DNA of 64,000 nucleotides from Felis catus. Taxonomy: Eukaryota. The stretch spans positions 10,232,001-10,296,000 of the forward strand of contig NC_058383.1 of assembly GCF_018350175.1 (NCBI RefSeq), given 5' to 3'. The translations under genes were made by a program, and so were the position numbers. The notes under the pieces were generated by a model, which was not told the DNA's origin, made no database searches, and saw only the letters and a list, made by a program, of their open reading frames with translations. Shown here piece after piece: positions 39,501 through 52,819 of the stretch (its first letter is position 1; each line of letters starts with the position of its first letter).

Positions 39501-40548
39501 AACCCGACGGGGGGCTCGAACCCACAAACTGAGAGATCGTGACCTGAGCCAAAGTCGGACGCTTAAGTGACTGAGCCCCCCAGGAGCTCTGGGAAACTCT
39601 TAACTTTGGCTCTTAATCCATCAATTGAAACAAACAAAAAAAAACACAACACACCAAAAAACCCATCAACAAGAACCAAGACCTTACAACAGATCCCAAA
39701 TAAAGCCTGGAGAGCTCGGACACAAAGCATAGGGCTTGAAATTCAGGAGAACAGGTGTCCTCAAACTCCACGATCAGCGAGAAAGCAGTGAGCTGGGCTC
39801 TGTGGGTATTGGCACCTGTCTGCTTATCAGCCCCAGAGTGGTTGGGGGTCTACTCTGGATCCCACCTCTGATCACTGAGAAAGGCTGACCTTAAACATAA
39901 AACTGTTTGGGGCACCCGGGTGGCTCAGTTGGTTAAGTGTCCGACTTCGGCTCAGGTCACGATCTCACGGTTTGTGGGTTCTGGTCCCACCTCGGGCTCT
40001 GGGCTGACAACTCGGAGCCTGGAGCTTGCTTCAGATTCTGTGTCTCCCACCCTCTCTCTCTGCCCCTCCTCCCTTTGCGCTCTGTTTCTCTCTCTTTCAA
40101 AAATTAATTAAAAAAAAAAACATTAAAAAGAACCCATAGAACTGCCCAGTATTTCAGTAGCGAAAATGGCTTTCTTTGGGAATAGTAGAGAACTCATAAT
40201 CCACAACAAGCACGCTACGGCAAAACCAACAATAGGCAAGTCTGGCAAATCAGGGGAGCATTATTTTATGGAGAAGAAGGAGGCAGTTGGGAGGGCTTGT
40301 TTTGAACAGAAGTCCATTGGAGAGAAGCAGGAGTTCAAGGTGATGAGGGTTTCTCATTGGCTGAGTTTCAGGGGTGGTCAGATTCCTTATAGAAGATGCA
40401 AGATGTTCTGTATGTCCTTCCCTGTTGGGCCCGTAATTGACAGTGCTTCCTGTAATTGACATGGAGCTGTAAGGCTTGCCCCACCCCCAGCCTCTCCTTC
40501 TAGCATCCCTGGTCCACTTTAGGGAGGCTTCCCTTTATTAATGCTCTC
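33540..40548 (-). mobile_element. Degenerate ERV1 (gamma-like) provirus: 5'LTR-PBS-gag-pro-pol remnants-PPT-3'LTR, interrupted by SINEs
   Basis: Homologous LTRs at ~33540-33939 and ~39884-40548. tRNA-Leu-like PBS ~39857-39876; PPT 33940-33952. Minus-strand remnants: protease (FIDTEA, PIHLLGHDFL, ~38190-38420), RT (SPCKSPIIPMRKPKGQG*RFVQDL, FAFTW, ~37300-37930), RNase H (AELYALTQAC, NIYTD, ~36600-36940), integrase (CPTRPKYNPGK, LHSDQGIHF, ~35550-35990). Many stops and frameshifts. Confidence 0.85.
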
Positions 40549-41899
40549 GGGCTATTCCTGGCCCTGCTTGGAGCCTTTCTGGCATTGGCCTTGGTGGTTC
40601 TGCCTGAGCTGCCCCCCATTCGGTCTCACCTCTCACCCTAGCAGTTGGATTTCCTGCAGCCACTCACCCCACCACGTCCTATCTCCTTTGCATACTTCAT
40701 ACCCTCCTTAGCGTTAAACACCCTCCGTTGTACTTGAGTTTTCTAATTTATTTTTCATTCTTCCTTTCTCTTCTCCAGTATGTCAGCTCCACTGGGACAT
40801 TCAGAATGTCCTCAAACGGGCGAGGGTTTCTGCCGGTTTTATTTGCTGCGAGGGAGCTTTGTAATCTAGTAGGAACCAGGGGCACCTCCAGGTGAGATGA
40901 GAGGCCTCACGGAGCCGGCCCTGAGCGTTTTTCTGGTTTGCCCCCTGTCTGTCAAACCACACGCATGCAGCCTCTTCCCTAAGTGCCCAGGCCCTGGGGT
41001 GATAGGAGAGTAAGGTAAACAGGGCCAGAGGGCCATGAAAACCAGGGTCCCTGCTTCTTTCAGGGGCAAAGGTCTTGGGCTGGGCCTGTTGGGGCCGGGC
41101 TGGGCAGGGCTGGGAGTGCCCGGCCAGAGGGCCCAGCTGGTGCTGGGTGGGGGCTGCCTTAGAGGAACTTCGTAAGCCTGGGTCCACCTCACTGGACTGC
41201 TGGCTGCCCTCAGTTTCCTGTTTAGTGAGGGTGGCTTTGGGCCAGGAGAGAAACAGAAGCCTCAGGCAGTGTGGCTGGGCGTAGGGGGGCCGAGCTCAGG
41301 TGCTCTGGGCCAGAGAACGGGCCCCTGGCTGGTGGTGCCTGGGTGGGGTGCTGTGTGCTCTGTCTCTTGCCAGCTGCGAGGCCGAGGAAAGTCCTATCAT
41401 CTCTTACCTTAGTTTCCTCTTCTGTTAAATGAGGGAAACGACGTCGACATGACCCACCTCACAGGGCGGGGATGAGAATGGACGCGGTGGGAGTGCAAAT
41501 TAGAAAACAACCCAGGCGGGCCATGCAAACGTGCAGGGAATGTGGAGCGAGTGTGGGGTGTAGCTGGACAGACCTAAAGGTGAGCCCGGCTGCCCCTCCC
41601 CAGCCGTGTGAACTTGAGCCGGTACTTTTTCCTCCTTGAGCCTCAAGATCCTCACCTATGAGGAAGGGTTTGTTCTGAGATGCTTGGGTTGGCGGGGGGG
41701 GGGGGGGGGGGGGTGACGGACAAGGAGAGGTGCCTTGCTCCTGAGGCTGAGGGATAGGGAAGTGCTGGGCAGGGCCGCGCGGAGATCAGGTATCAGGGAC
41801 AGAAAGCTTTGTGCCCAGGGGCCAAACTTCAGGGACTCTGCAAATAAGACTTTGGCTCTGGGCAAACAGCTCCAATCAGCTTGGTGCTTAATATCTATC

Positions 41900-42523
41900 A
41901 CGGTTCTTACAACCCAATAATAAAAAGACAAATAACCCAATTTAGAAAATGGTCAAGGGATCCGAACATTCAGAATAGACAAAGAAGACACACGAATGGC
42001 CGAGAAGCATATGAAGAGATGCTCCAGGCCATTAGTCGTTAGGCAGATGCAAGTCAAAGCCACGAAGAAATGCCACTTCATACCCACGAGGACGGCTGGG
42101 ATCGTAAAGACGCACACAGACAAGTGGTGACAACGAGTTGGAGGAACTGGAACTCTCACACCCTGGTGGGAATGTCAAATGTCAGAGCTGCTTTTGAGAA
42201 CAGTCCAGCAGCTCCTCAACAGGTGGTTACTTTTTTGCCCCGGCATTTCCACTTCTAGGTGTGTACTCAGGGGACACGAGAAATATGTTCACGCAAAAGC
42301 ACGTACATGAATGCTTGCAGCAACGTTATTCATAACAGCCAAAAAGTGGAAACACCCAGGGGCGCCCAAGTGGCTCAGCGGGTAAGCGACCAACTTCAGC
42401 TCAGGTCATGATCTCACGGTTCGTGGGTTCCAGCCCCGCCTCGGGCTCTCTGCTGTCAGCACAGAGCCTGCTTCAGATCCTCTGTCTCCCTCTCTCTCTG
42501 CCCCTCCCCGACTCGCACACCTG

Positions 42524-42557
<34 letters not shown>

Positions 42558-43085
42558 AATAAACATTAAAAAAAAAAAAAAGTGGAAACACCCTAAGTGT
42601 CAGCTGGTGAATGGTTAACCAAATGTGATATGTCTATCGATGGAATATTATTTGGCCATAAAAAGGAATAAAGTACCGAGATACCTGGATAAACTTTGAC
42701 AACTTTATGGGAAGTTAAAGATGCCAGTCACAAAGCGTGACATGCTAGGTGATTCCTTTTGCAAAAAATATCCAGGGGCGCCTGGGTGACTCAGTCGGTT
42801 AAGCGTCTGACATCGGCTCAGGTCGTGATCTCACAGTTCGTGGGTTCGAGCCCCGTGTCAGGCTCTGTGCTGACAGCTCAGAGCCTAGAGCCTGTTTCAG
42901 ATTCTGTGTCTCCCTCTCTATCCCTGCCCCTCCCCTGTCTCTGTCTCAAAAATAAATAAACATTAAAAAATATATATATCCAGAGCAGGAAAATCTGTAT
43001 AGAGACAGAAAGTAGACTGGTGGTAGCTGGGGGTGGGGGTGTTGGGAGGAAACGGGGAGTGGCTGCTAATGAGTACAGGGTGCTT
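41900..43085 (+). mobile_element. Old L1M 3' fragment, SINE-interrupted
   Basis: Plus-strand KHMKRCSRPLVVRQMQVKAT; GGAATATTATTTGGCCATAAAAAGGAAT; AGAGACAGAAAGTAGACTGGTGG. Confidence 0.85.
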
Positions 43086-45723
43086 TTTTTTTTTTTACGG
43101 TTATTTATTTATTTTGAGAGAGAGGCAGAGAGAGAGCGCACACCACTGTGCTCAGGACCCGCAGCATGTCTGTGGGTGTACGTGCCCCAGAGTGTGGGAA
43201 GGAGAGCAGGATGTTGCTGTCTTTGAAGGAAGAGGGCTGTGAAGGGGTGGGAGGAGGCTGAGGCTCGGGGGCTCCAGACACAATGCACCCCCCCCCCACC
43301 CCAAAGCACACTCCTGAGCCTCCTGTCTTTAAGCGTCAACAAGGAACCCTGCAGGGCTGAGTGATGTTTGGAAGGAGAGTTCTGGGGCTGTGCTCATCCA
43401 GGAAAGCGGTCCACAGGAAGCTGGGCTGGGGCGGGTGGAGAAGGATTTGGCTGCTGGAGGCACTAGGTATGATTGGGTAGAATGGGGTGTGTGTGTGTGT
43501 GTGTGTGTGTGTGTTTCCAAGGAGCACGGGGCTAGGAAAAGAGGAACTGAAGGAAGAGGGCTTGCAGCTAGATTAGCCTGTTTCTTATCTCCTCCCCAGC
43601 GTCCAACCCAGAGAGTAGCCATCCTCTTGGGTCTCCTGTCCCAGCGCGCTCTGGCCGGCCTTCTACTCGCCCCCGTAGGCAGTCACCACTAGGGCCACAT
43701 TCTTGCAATCTCCAGCATTGGAAGTGTGAGAGTTGTGTGCAGAGGTGGGGGCAGGGGAAGAGCCTAAGCCTGAGGAGTTTGGGGGCCCACCTGTCCCTTG
43801 CTGGGGGCAAACCATGTGGAGCCCAGGGACGAGGGTACACAGGGAGCCCATCTGTGCCTACTGTGGATGCTGAGTCCTCGGAGGAAGTGTCACGCTGTAA
43901 CTGGTGGCAGCATCTGGGTGTTGGTGTGGTGGAGGGTGTGTGCGTGTGTGTGGACGTGCAGTATTTGTGTATGATGTGTCCGGATGTGTGAGAATGAGGA
44001 ATAAGCAGTAATGATTCTGCATATCGCTAAATGTGTGTTTTAAACTCTGTTATCAATTTCACTTGGTCACGGTGCTAATCTGTGTTCCCAATGCTTGGCC
44101 AAGGGTTGCAAACGGCAGCCCAGGGGCAGAATTCAGCCCGTGGAGTTTTGTTTGACCAGCACAAAGTTCTTCTACAGACTGAGTTAGAATGCTTCTCAGT
44201 GGGGCATGCGTACTTCACGTGCTGCCGGAACCCCCCACCTATGATCTTTGTTTGTTTGTTTAATTCACCTTTTCATTTTGAGATCATGGTAGATTCACAT
44301 ACAGTGGGGGGCACCTGGGTGGCTCAGTCAGTTAAGCGTCTGACGCTTGGTTTCAGCTCAGGTCACCGTCTCCTGGTTTCGTGGGTTCGAGCCCCGCGTG
44401 GGGCTCCTCACTGACGGCGCGGTGCCTGCTTGGGATTCTCTGTCTCCCTCTCTCTCTGCCCCTCTCAGACTCACGCTGTCTCTGGCTCACTCAAAATAAA
44501 TAATCTTAAAAAAAAAAAAAAGATTCACATGCAGTTTTAAAAACTTATAAAGCAATTTGTAAAAAGCAATGCAGAGACCCCCACACCCTCTACCAAGTTT
44601 CCCCCAATGATGACGTCTTGCAGAATTATAATACAGTATCGCAACCAGGATATTGACATTGGTAGGATACAGAGCAATTCCAAACCTCAAGGGTCCCTCA
44701 TTTGCTCTTTAATAACCACACCCACTTCTCTCCTAACCCCACCCCCTCTTTGCCAACAATCACTCATCTGTTGTCATTTCAAGAAGGTTATATAAGGGCG
44801 CTTGGCAGGCTTAGTTGGAGGAGCCTGTGACTCTCCATCTCAGGGTCATGAGTTTGAGCCCCACTTTGGGCACAGAGATTACTCAAATACATAAAACTTA
44901 AAAAAATGTTATTACGTAAATGGCATCACACAGCATGTACTATAACTTTTGGCATTGGCTTTGTTCACTCAGCAGGATTCTCTGGAGATTCATTCAGGCT
45001 GTTGTGTGTATCAATAGTTTATTCCTTGTTGTTGATGAGTGATATTCCCTGGTATGGATGTAAACATTTTGTGTCAGCATCCACCGCTTGAAGGATGGCT
45101 GGATTGTTTCCAGTTTGGGGCTGTTACAACTAACGCTGCTGAAAAACATTCATGTGCTGGTTTTTGTGTGAGCATGTCTTAATTTGTATGGGATAAATGC
45201 CTACGGATGTAATTTCTGGGTTGTATGGTAGGTACATGCTTAGCTTTTAAAGAAACTGCCAGACTGTTTTCCTGAGTTGCTGTACTATTTTTCATTTGCA
45301 CCAGCAATGTGTGAGCTATCCAGTTTCTCTGCGTCCTTACCAACATTTGGTATTGTCACTATATTTTACTGAAGTCATTCTGATAGGTGTATAACGATAT
45401 TTTGCTATGGTTTTAATTTGCATTTCCTTAATGACTTAATGATGTTAGACATCTTTGCATGTGTTTATTTGCCATCTGTGTATCTTCCTTATTGAAATGT
45501 CTGTTCATAGCTTTTGCTCATGTTATAATTGGATTGCTTGCTTTTTTTTTTTTTAACGCTGCAATTTTCAGAGTTTTTTTTTTTTTTTAAACCTATAACC
45601 CCAAGATGAAGACCTAAGCCCAGATCAAGAGCTGGATGCTTAACTGACCAAGCCACCCAGGTGCCTCCAGAGTTCTTTATATATCCTATATAGTAATCCT
45701 TTGTTGAATGTGTGATTTGCAAC

Positions 45724-46276
45724 TGTTAATCTTAAAAAATAAAACTGACAATTATTTATTATTATCTTTTTAGGTAGGCTCCATGCCCACCGTGGGACTT
45801 AAACTCACAACCTGGAGATGAAGCGTCAGATGCTCTATTGCCTGAACCAGCCAGGTGCCCCCAAACTTCCGGTTATTTTACCAGCAGAAATGGTTTTATT
45901 TGGGAATAACAGAGAATTACAATCCGTGACTAGCAAGCTAAGGCAAAACCCCCCAAACAATGAAGAACAAACGCCCTTTTATAGAAAAAGAGGGGTCCGT
46001 TGAGAAGACTGTTATAAATAAGTCCATTGGAGGAAACTGGGAGCTCAGAGTGTCGTGGCTTCTCATTGGCTGAGTGGGGACAGTCTCTCATTGGCTGGGC
46101 TGTTGCTGAGGGAGGAAGAAAGCCTTTCCTCCTGGGCTGGGGTAGTGAAAGTAGCATCAGTTTGCAAGTGTCTTCCTGTTGGATTTGCAATTGGTAATAA
46201 GTGGTAGGACATGAGAGAAGTCCCCCTGCTGCCCTTCCAACTCCATTTTAGCGAAGTTTCTCTATTAATTTTAACA
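45724..46276 (-). mobile_element. Solo LTR related to the provirus LTRs, nested in an old L1 and carrying a SINE fragment
   Basis: Ends TGTTAA...TTAACA; shares blocks such as TACCAGCA-AAA-GG-TTATT-GGGAA-A-CAGAGAATT-CAATCC and TCTCATTGGCTGAG with the LTRs at 33540 and 40140. Confidence 0.75.
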
Positions 46277-47639
46277 CAGTTGTTGATCCCACGCTAGCTT
46301 GTCTTTTTGTCCTCTAGACCGGGTCTTCCAAAGGGCAAAACCTTTATTTTGTGTTTAATTTTATGTGTTTATCTTGTATCCTGAGACCTTCTTAAACTCA
46401 CTTATTCCAGGAGGGGTTTTGCAGATTTCTTGGGATTTTCTACAGAGGCAATCATGTCATCTGCAAATAGGGATAGATTTATCCTTTCCTTTCTCATCTG
46501 TACACCTTCCATTCATTTATTGATTGATTGATTGATTGGCCTTACTGCTCTGGCTACACCTTCTGGCACTAGCTGAATAAGGGTGGGAAGAACCAGCATT
46601 CTTGATCTTGGGGTGCAAGCATCTAGTCTTTGACCATTGAGTAGAACGTTAGCTGTAGGTTTTTTTGAAGATGCTCTTAATCAAGTTGAGGATGTGCCCC
46701 TCTAGTCCTATTTTTCAGAGAGTTTTTTGTTTATTTAAAAATTTTTAAATGTTTATTTATTTTTTTTTTGGGGGGGGGAGAGATCGTGAGCAGGGGAGGG
46801 GCAGAGAGAGAGGGAGACACAGAATCCTTAGCAGGCTCCAGGCTCTGAGCTGTCAGCACAGAGCCGGACGCAGGGCTCCAAGCCACGAGCCGTGAGATCA
46901 TGACCTGAGCCGAAGTCGGATGCTTAACTGACTGAGCCCTCCAGGCGCCCCTGTTTTTTGTTTTAAACCATGAATGGATGTTGAATTTTGTCAGATGCTT
47001 TTTCTGCATCAATTGAAATGATTATGTGAGTTTTCTTCTTTAGCTTGCTCATGGGCTGGATTACATTATTGATTTTTGAATAACGAGCCGGTCATGCATA
47101 CCTGGAATAAACTCCACTTGTCATTGTGTATAATTCTTTTTATATGTGCTGAATTCTATTAGCTAATATTTTGTTGAAGATTTCTGAGTCTATATTCATG
47201 AGCAATAGTGGTCTGAAATTTTCAATTTTTGTACTGTATTTGTCTGGTTTTGGTATCAGGGTAATATTAAACAAAATGTTTAAATCACCATGATGATCAT
47301 TCTGTCACCTGAAACATTAAAAAAGAAATTTATTTTAAGTAGGCTACGCGCCCAACGTGGGGCTTGAACTCACAACCAGGAGATCGAGTCACATGCTCTA
47401 CTGACACCTTCTTGGGCACAGGCTTCTCCCCCACCCCCATTCTTTCCTTTTGTTTAACCCTATCCTTAAGGACACCCTTGAGGCATCAGGTGCTTGATCT
47501 GCCCTGGAGATAGGACTGTGACACACATGATTCTTAAACATTCTCTTCTTGGGTAGAACTCCAGCTTGTCTACAGCCTCTAGGGCTACAAAAGCAGGTCT
47601 TAAGGGAGGTGGGGTTGTGGAGATCCACTCATCTTGTTA

Positions 47640-47960
47640 ACACTCCAAGACATGCTTCTGTCCGTTAGTCGCCTTAAGCCATTTTTGGTCAAGCTGTACT
47701 TGGCCTTTTTCTTCAGCCGTACAGCTCCTTTGGCCTTTGGACGTTGTTTTGCACCTACCTCCCTTTCACACAACAGACCTCTCCGTTCTCAGGTTTTTGG
47801 AATTGGACTGGATTATACCACTTGGTTCCCTGCTTCCCCAGCTTGCGGATGGCAGACCAAGGGACTCTTCAGTGTCCGTGACTGGGCGAGCCATTTCCTC
47901 TAACTTCTCTCCCTCTCTCCTTGTCTGTCCTTCTTCTGGATGACCCTGATGAACACAGTA
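47640..47960 (+). mobile_element. MLT2-type (ERVL) LTR 3' part
   Basis: GGATTATACCACTTGGTTCCCTG...CCAGCTTGCGGATGGCAGA...TTCTTCTGGATGACCCTGATGAACACA. Confidence 0.6.
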
Positions 47961-48957
47961 GAATTTTCTAGTGAAAACTGGGCCTCGAAATTCTTTTTGA
48001 GGAGTTTCAAGTTGCAAATTTAATTTCCTTAATACTTACAGGGCTATTCAAATTATCTAAATTATTTATTTCATATTGGGTGAGTTGTAGTGTGTGTGTG
48101 TGTGTGTGTGTTTGAAAAATGGACCATTTAGTCTAAATTGTTGAATTTATGTTGTAGAGCTGTTCATAATATTTGCTTATTAGCCTTTGGATGGTCTGTA
48201 GGGTCTGGATGATTGTTACTGTTTTATTCCTGTTGGTAAGTATGTCTTCTCTCTCTCTCTCTCTCTTTCCCAGCCTTACTAAAGGTCTGTCATTTTTTTT
48301 TATTAAAAAAACTTTTTTTCTTAACATTTATTTATTTATTATTGAGAGACAGAGCGTGAGCAGGGGAGGGACAGAGAGGGAGGGAGACACAGAATCCGAA
48401 GCAGGCTCTGGGCTCTGAGCTGTCAGCACAGAGCCTGACGTGGGGCTCGAACCCACAAACCGCAAGATCATGATCTGAGCTGAAGTCGGATGCTTAACCA
48501 ACTGAGCCACCCAGGCTCCCTGTAAAGGTCCGTCATTTTTATCATTTTCTTTCAAAGAACCAACTCTGTCTTTCACTGATCCCTATTTTCAGGTTCATTG
48601 ATTTCTGTTTTAATCTTTGTTATTTCCTTCCTTCATTTGCTTTGGGTTTATTTTGCCCCTCTTCCGTTCTCTTTCTCTCTTTTAAATACTTTATATTTAG
48701 ATTTGCCTTTTTTTTTAAAGTTTATTTTTGAGAGGCGGGGGAAGCATGTGAAAGAGGGGCGGGGGGGGGGGGCGTTGGATGATCTGAAACAGGCTCTTCA
48801 CTGACAACACAGAGCCCGATGTGGGGCTTGAACTCATGAACAGTGAGATTATGACCTGAGCCAAAGTTGGATGCTCAACTGACTGAACCACCCAAGCATC
48901 TAGATTTCCCCCCCCCCCCTTTTTAAAAAGAGGGATTGTGAGCAGGGGAGGGACAGA

Positions 48958-48959
<2 letters not shown>

Positions 48960-49005
<46 letters not shown>
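48960..49005. repeat. (GA)n microsatellite within a SINE
   Basis: About 22 units. Confidence 0.95.
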
Positions 49006-49007
<2 letters not shown>

Positions 49008-51169
49008 CTTAAGCAGGCTCCACACTCAGTGCAGAGTCCACCTTGGAACTCAATGCCATGACCCTGGGATCATGACCTGAGCTGAAATCAAGAGTCGGAT
49101 GCTTACCCGACGGAGCCACCCAGGCGCCCCATATTTTGCATTCATTTTAAGCGCGTCCGTAATTGCTCGTGTGATGATTTTTACCATGGAAGGGCAAAGG
49201 GCCTCCTCATATTGCCGGGCAGAAGCAGAAGTCCTTCGTTCCCCATTTGGCCTTGTTAGCCCTTGGGGCAGGGCGGAGGGTAAGATGGGGGCCCCTCTTT
49301 ACTTCTGGACAAGGATAGGAGTTCTGGTTCTTTCGGTAGTTTCCACCGACAGCATGGTGGGGGGGTGACCTCTTCTGATACAACCCTTTGGGGGAGGCTG
49401 TGTGGTGTCTTTTACTCCTCGGTGAGCGTGGACGGCTAAACTCCCTGTGTGGCCTCCACTGATACTGAAGGGGCAGATTGTGACATCACCTTAGTGGCGG
49501 TGTTCCTTGCTTCGGAGGGTAGAAGTCTAGGCCGTCTCTACCTGGCTACACAAATAGTGTGTAGCTGGTTGGCATCAGTCTTTCCCTGGCGTTTGGCTGG
49601 CGTAGGGTGGTTATTGTCGAAAATTTCTTTGTCTTTCTAGGCTGCCCCTTTTCTGGTCCTTCGACTAGAGCTTTCTTTGGGGGTTTTTCTTTGTCTGTGC
49701 CCGTTGGTGTCTTCCAGTTGTCTGCTTCTTCGGTTCCATGTCTCGGATTCATGAAGGAAAAAGAAAGCCTAGGGCACTCACCATGCTCTATAAGGGGCCC
49801 GAAGGTGGCTAGCAGGATGGTGACAAATAAGGCATAGCACGTCCTTGGGTCTAGAGGTTCCTAGCTGGTCTGCTTTCTCTCCACCTTTCAATCTTCTCAG
49901 TTATGTTTTATCTGTAGAGTCCAGGGGCTTGGGCGCGCCTTGGGTGGCTCAGTCGGTTAAGCATCTGACTTCGGCTCACGTCATGATCTCGCGGTTGGTG
50001 GGTTCCAGCCCCGCATCGGGCTCTGTGCTGACAGCTCGGAGCCTGGAGCCTGCTTCGGATTCTGTGTCTCCCTCTCTCTCTGCCCTTTCCCCGCTTGGAC
50101 TCCCTCCCTCGCCCTCTCTCTCTCTAAAATAAATAAACATTAAACAATAAAATAGAATAAAGTCCAGGAGTTTTAGCTGCACGTGGCAGAAGGAATAAGG
50201 AAATGTAATCTACTTCATCTTCTTACGAGTCGAAGCCCCCACTATTGTCTTTCACTCAGCTCTGACCGTGCATTTTCATTATCTTTCCATCCCCTGTAAC
50301 CACTTGAGTTTGAGATACCTGGCTTAGCTTTTGTAGCTCTCGGTTTGGGCCCTGGATCCCTTCCTGGCAACCAAAATGAGAGAAAAGGAAAGGAAAAGAA
50401 AGAAACCCAAGGGAAACTCAGTGGGGATGGGCTGAGGCTGAGGGCACTGCGGCAGAGAGAGGGCTGTGAGACCTTGGTCCTCGGCTCCTGGAGGGTCTTG
50501 TGTCCTCCCCTCGTGAAGCCTCCCTCTTAGGGAACGGAGAGTAGAAGACTCTGGTGCATTCTAAGTTTATGTAAGCCTTGGGGACCTTATCATATCTTCA
50601 TCCAAACAGCGTAAAGGTAAACAAAGCAGCTTTTGAGGCCCAAGGAGAGAGAAGTTGATTTAAGATAGGGCTCTATCAGAGGTTACTCAACCCTTAGTGT
50701 TTTCTGCCTTATCGCCGACAGAGGCCACCCTCCCCTATCAGCACAGTCCTGGGGCACTGGTGCCCTGACTCTGAGCTCCAGCCCAAAGGAGAGTCCTGTC
50801 GCCGTGGGCTAATGAGCAGCCCAGTGGGTGCCCGGTAGCCTCCTCCCCCGGCCAGCCCGGTGCCTGCCTGATGGGCTTGTGACCACAGAGGCCACTACGG
50901 CAGGCAGGGAGGCCACGCGTGGCTTTCTCTCATGAAGGCTGTCCCCAGTGCCCACTGGAAGCAAAAATAGCACCAGTACGGTCCTCTCCTTCCCCAGGGA
51001 CCACCGAGCCTGATGCAAACCCATCACCCCAGACCCCTGTGGGGAGGATCTCAATAGTGTGTCTCTTCCCCGACGGGTGCTCATTTGGGATTTGTATTTG
51101 CTTTACTTGTGCTGTTGCCCGTCGCGCCCTTCATGAACTTACTAATGCCTCATACGCTATGCTGGTGAA

Positions 51170-52300
51170 TCCTTGCCGTGTTGCTTCTGATCTGGAAGTT
51201 GCCTCACAGCAAAAGACGCATGGGGTAACGTCCTGGGAAGTCCCGCTCTTATCACAAACCCCACCACCTAGAAGCATCTGGCCTTGCAGGATGATGAAAT
51301 GGCCATTTGAAGACAGCGGTGGCTCCACCCAGGAGACGACAGCCTGGGAGGCTGGACTGCTGCCTGGCAGATGCCGTTTCTCCTGTAGGCGGAACGCGTG
51401 TGCGTTCGCGGACTTCTTCCCTCCTCTGGTCTGCCAAGGAGGACTCAATCATTGAGACAGGACCTGTCCCCCATCTCATGGGTCAGAAGGACAAAGTGCT
51501 TACTAGGGGAAAGATGACGGGGAGGTACGAAGTTAAGTGTCGAGATGGGCAGGAGAGGAACAGAGCTCTTTAGAGCTCTGGGGGTGGCAAAGAGGTTTGG
51601 GGAGAAGCTTCCGGATCTGCTTAGGATCAGCTGTGGGGTGTGAGAGGGGAAGACAGGAGAGGAAAGGCGGTTCTCATCTGTTGCAGTGGACCACAGATCT
51701 CCATACCTGGGACATCTTTCAAAAGGCAAGGGTGGGGTAGGGAGTTCCTATGTACTTCTGGGTCATGCTTTGTGAATGGGACATCAAGCCTGGCCTGAAT
51801 TAGGTCCCCAGGATTTTGGTGTATGTGGATCCGAGAGCGGAGGGGCAAAATCACCCGAGGAACACCCTATGGTCCACTCTTAATAGTCTTTTCTTAACCC
51901 AAAGGAGGAATGCTCTCGTGGGGGACTTCATGATAACAGACCCACTACACTGGAAGGGAGGGGGCCTCCTGGCCATTAAGGTTCCTTGTGGCCCTACGAG
52001 AACAGGCAAAAGCGAATCACTACAGTGGATGAGGGGATTGACTCTGACCATGGAGGTCCTCCATGGAGGACTACGCTTACCAGAGGGAAGCACGGGCAGT
52101 GCCTGTGTAGCTCAGGGACCCTCCCGAGCGTCTACATTCTGCCGTCACCACCGATAAATGTTCAGAGAAGCCCACCTCCAGGGCCAAAGGCCGGGAGGCC
52201 CAGGGAGGAAGGTGAAGCCATCTCTATGGGGGAAGAGTGCTGGCCCAGCCTCCAAAGCTGAGCTGTGGAGGGAAGCAGGGAAGGCACAGCCTGAGATCTG
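51170..52300 (+). mobile_element. Ancient ERVL internal remnant (integrase/dUTPase region)
   Basis: Degenerate similarity by eye to ERVL-int consensus: GCTTCTGATC..., CCCCACCACCTAGAAGCATCTGGC..., AATGGCCATTTGAAGAC, AACAGGCAAAAG...GATTGACTCTGACCAT. Confidence 0.5.
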
Positions 52301-52819
52301 CGGCAAGAAATCCATCATCTTGTTGCTATACTCTAAAGTTACCCTCTTTCCCTTCAAAAAAATTTTTTTAATGTTTATTTTTGAGACAGAGAGAGAGACA
52401 GAGCATAAACAGGGGAGGGTAAGAGAGAGAGAGAGGGAGACACAGAATCCGAAGCAGGCTCCAGGCTCTGAGCTGTCAGCACAGAGCCCGACATGGGGCT
52501 CCAACTCACGGACGGTGAGATCATGACCTGAGCTGAAGTCGGACGCTTAACCGACTGAGCCACCCAGGCGCTCCCTCTTCCCCTTCAAACATATATTTTT
52601 ATTTTTTAGTTTTTCAAAGTTTACTGATTTATTTTGAGAGAGAGCGCGCGAGCAGGGGAAGGGCAAAGAGAGAGGGAGAGCGAGAATCCCAAGCAGGCTC
52701 TGCACTGTGTCAGCACAGAGCTTGATGTGGGACTTGAAGTCACGAGTCATGAAATCACGACCTGAGCCGGAATCAAGAGACAGACGCTTAACCGACTGAG
52801 CCACCCAGGTGCCCCTCAA

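Larger units (their letters stand above)
44250..50220 (-). mobile_element. Fragmented old L1M, with nested SINEs, solo LTR and MLT2
   Basis: AAGAAACTGCCAGACTGTTTTCC; ATCATGTCATCTGCAAATAGGGATAG; TTTTGTCAGATGCTTTTTCTGCATC (minus-strand ORF2: [13 protein letters not shown]). Confidence 0.8.
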
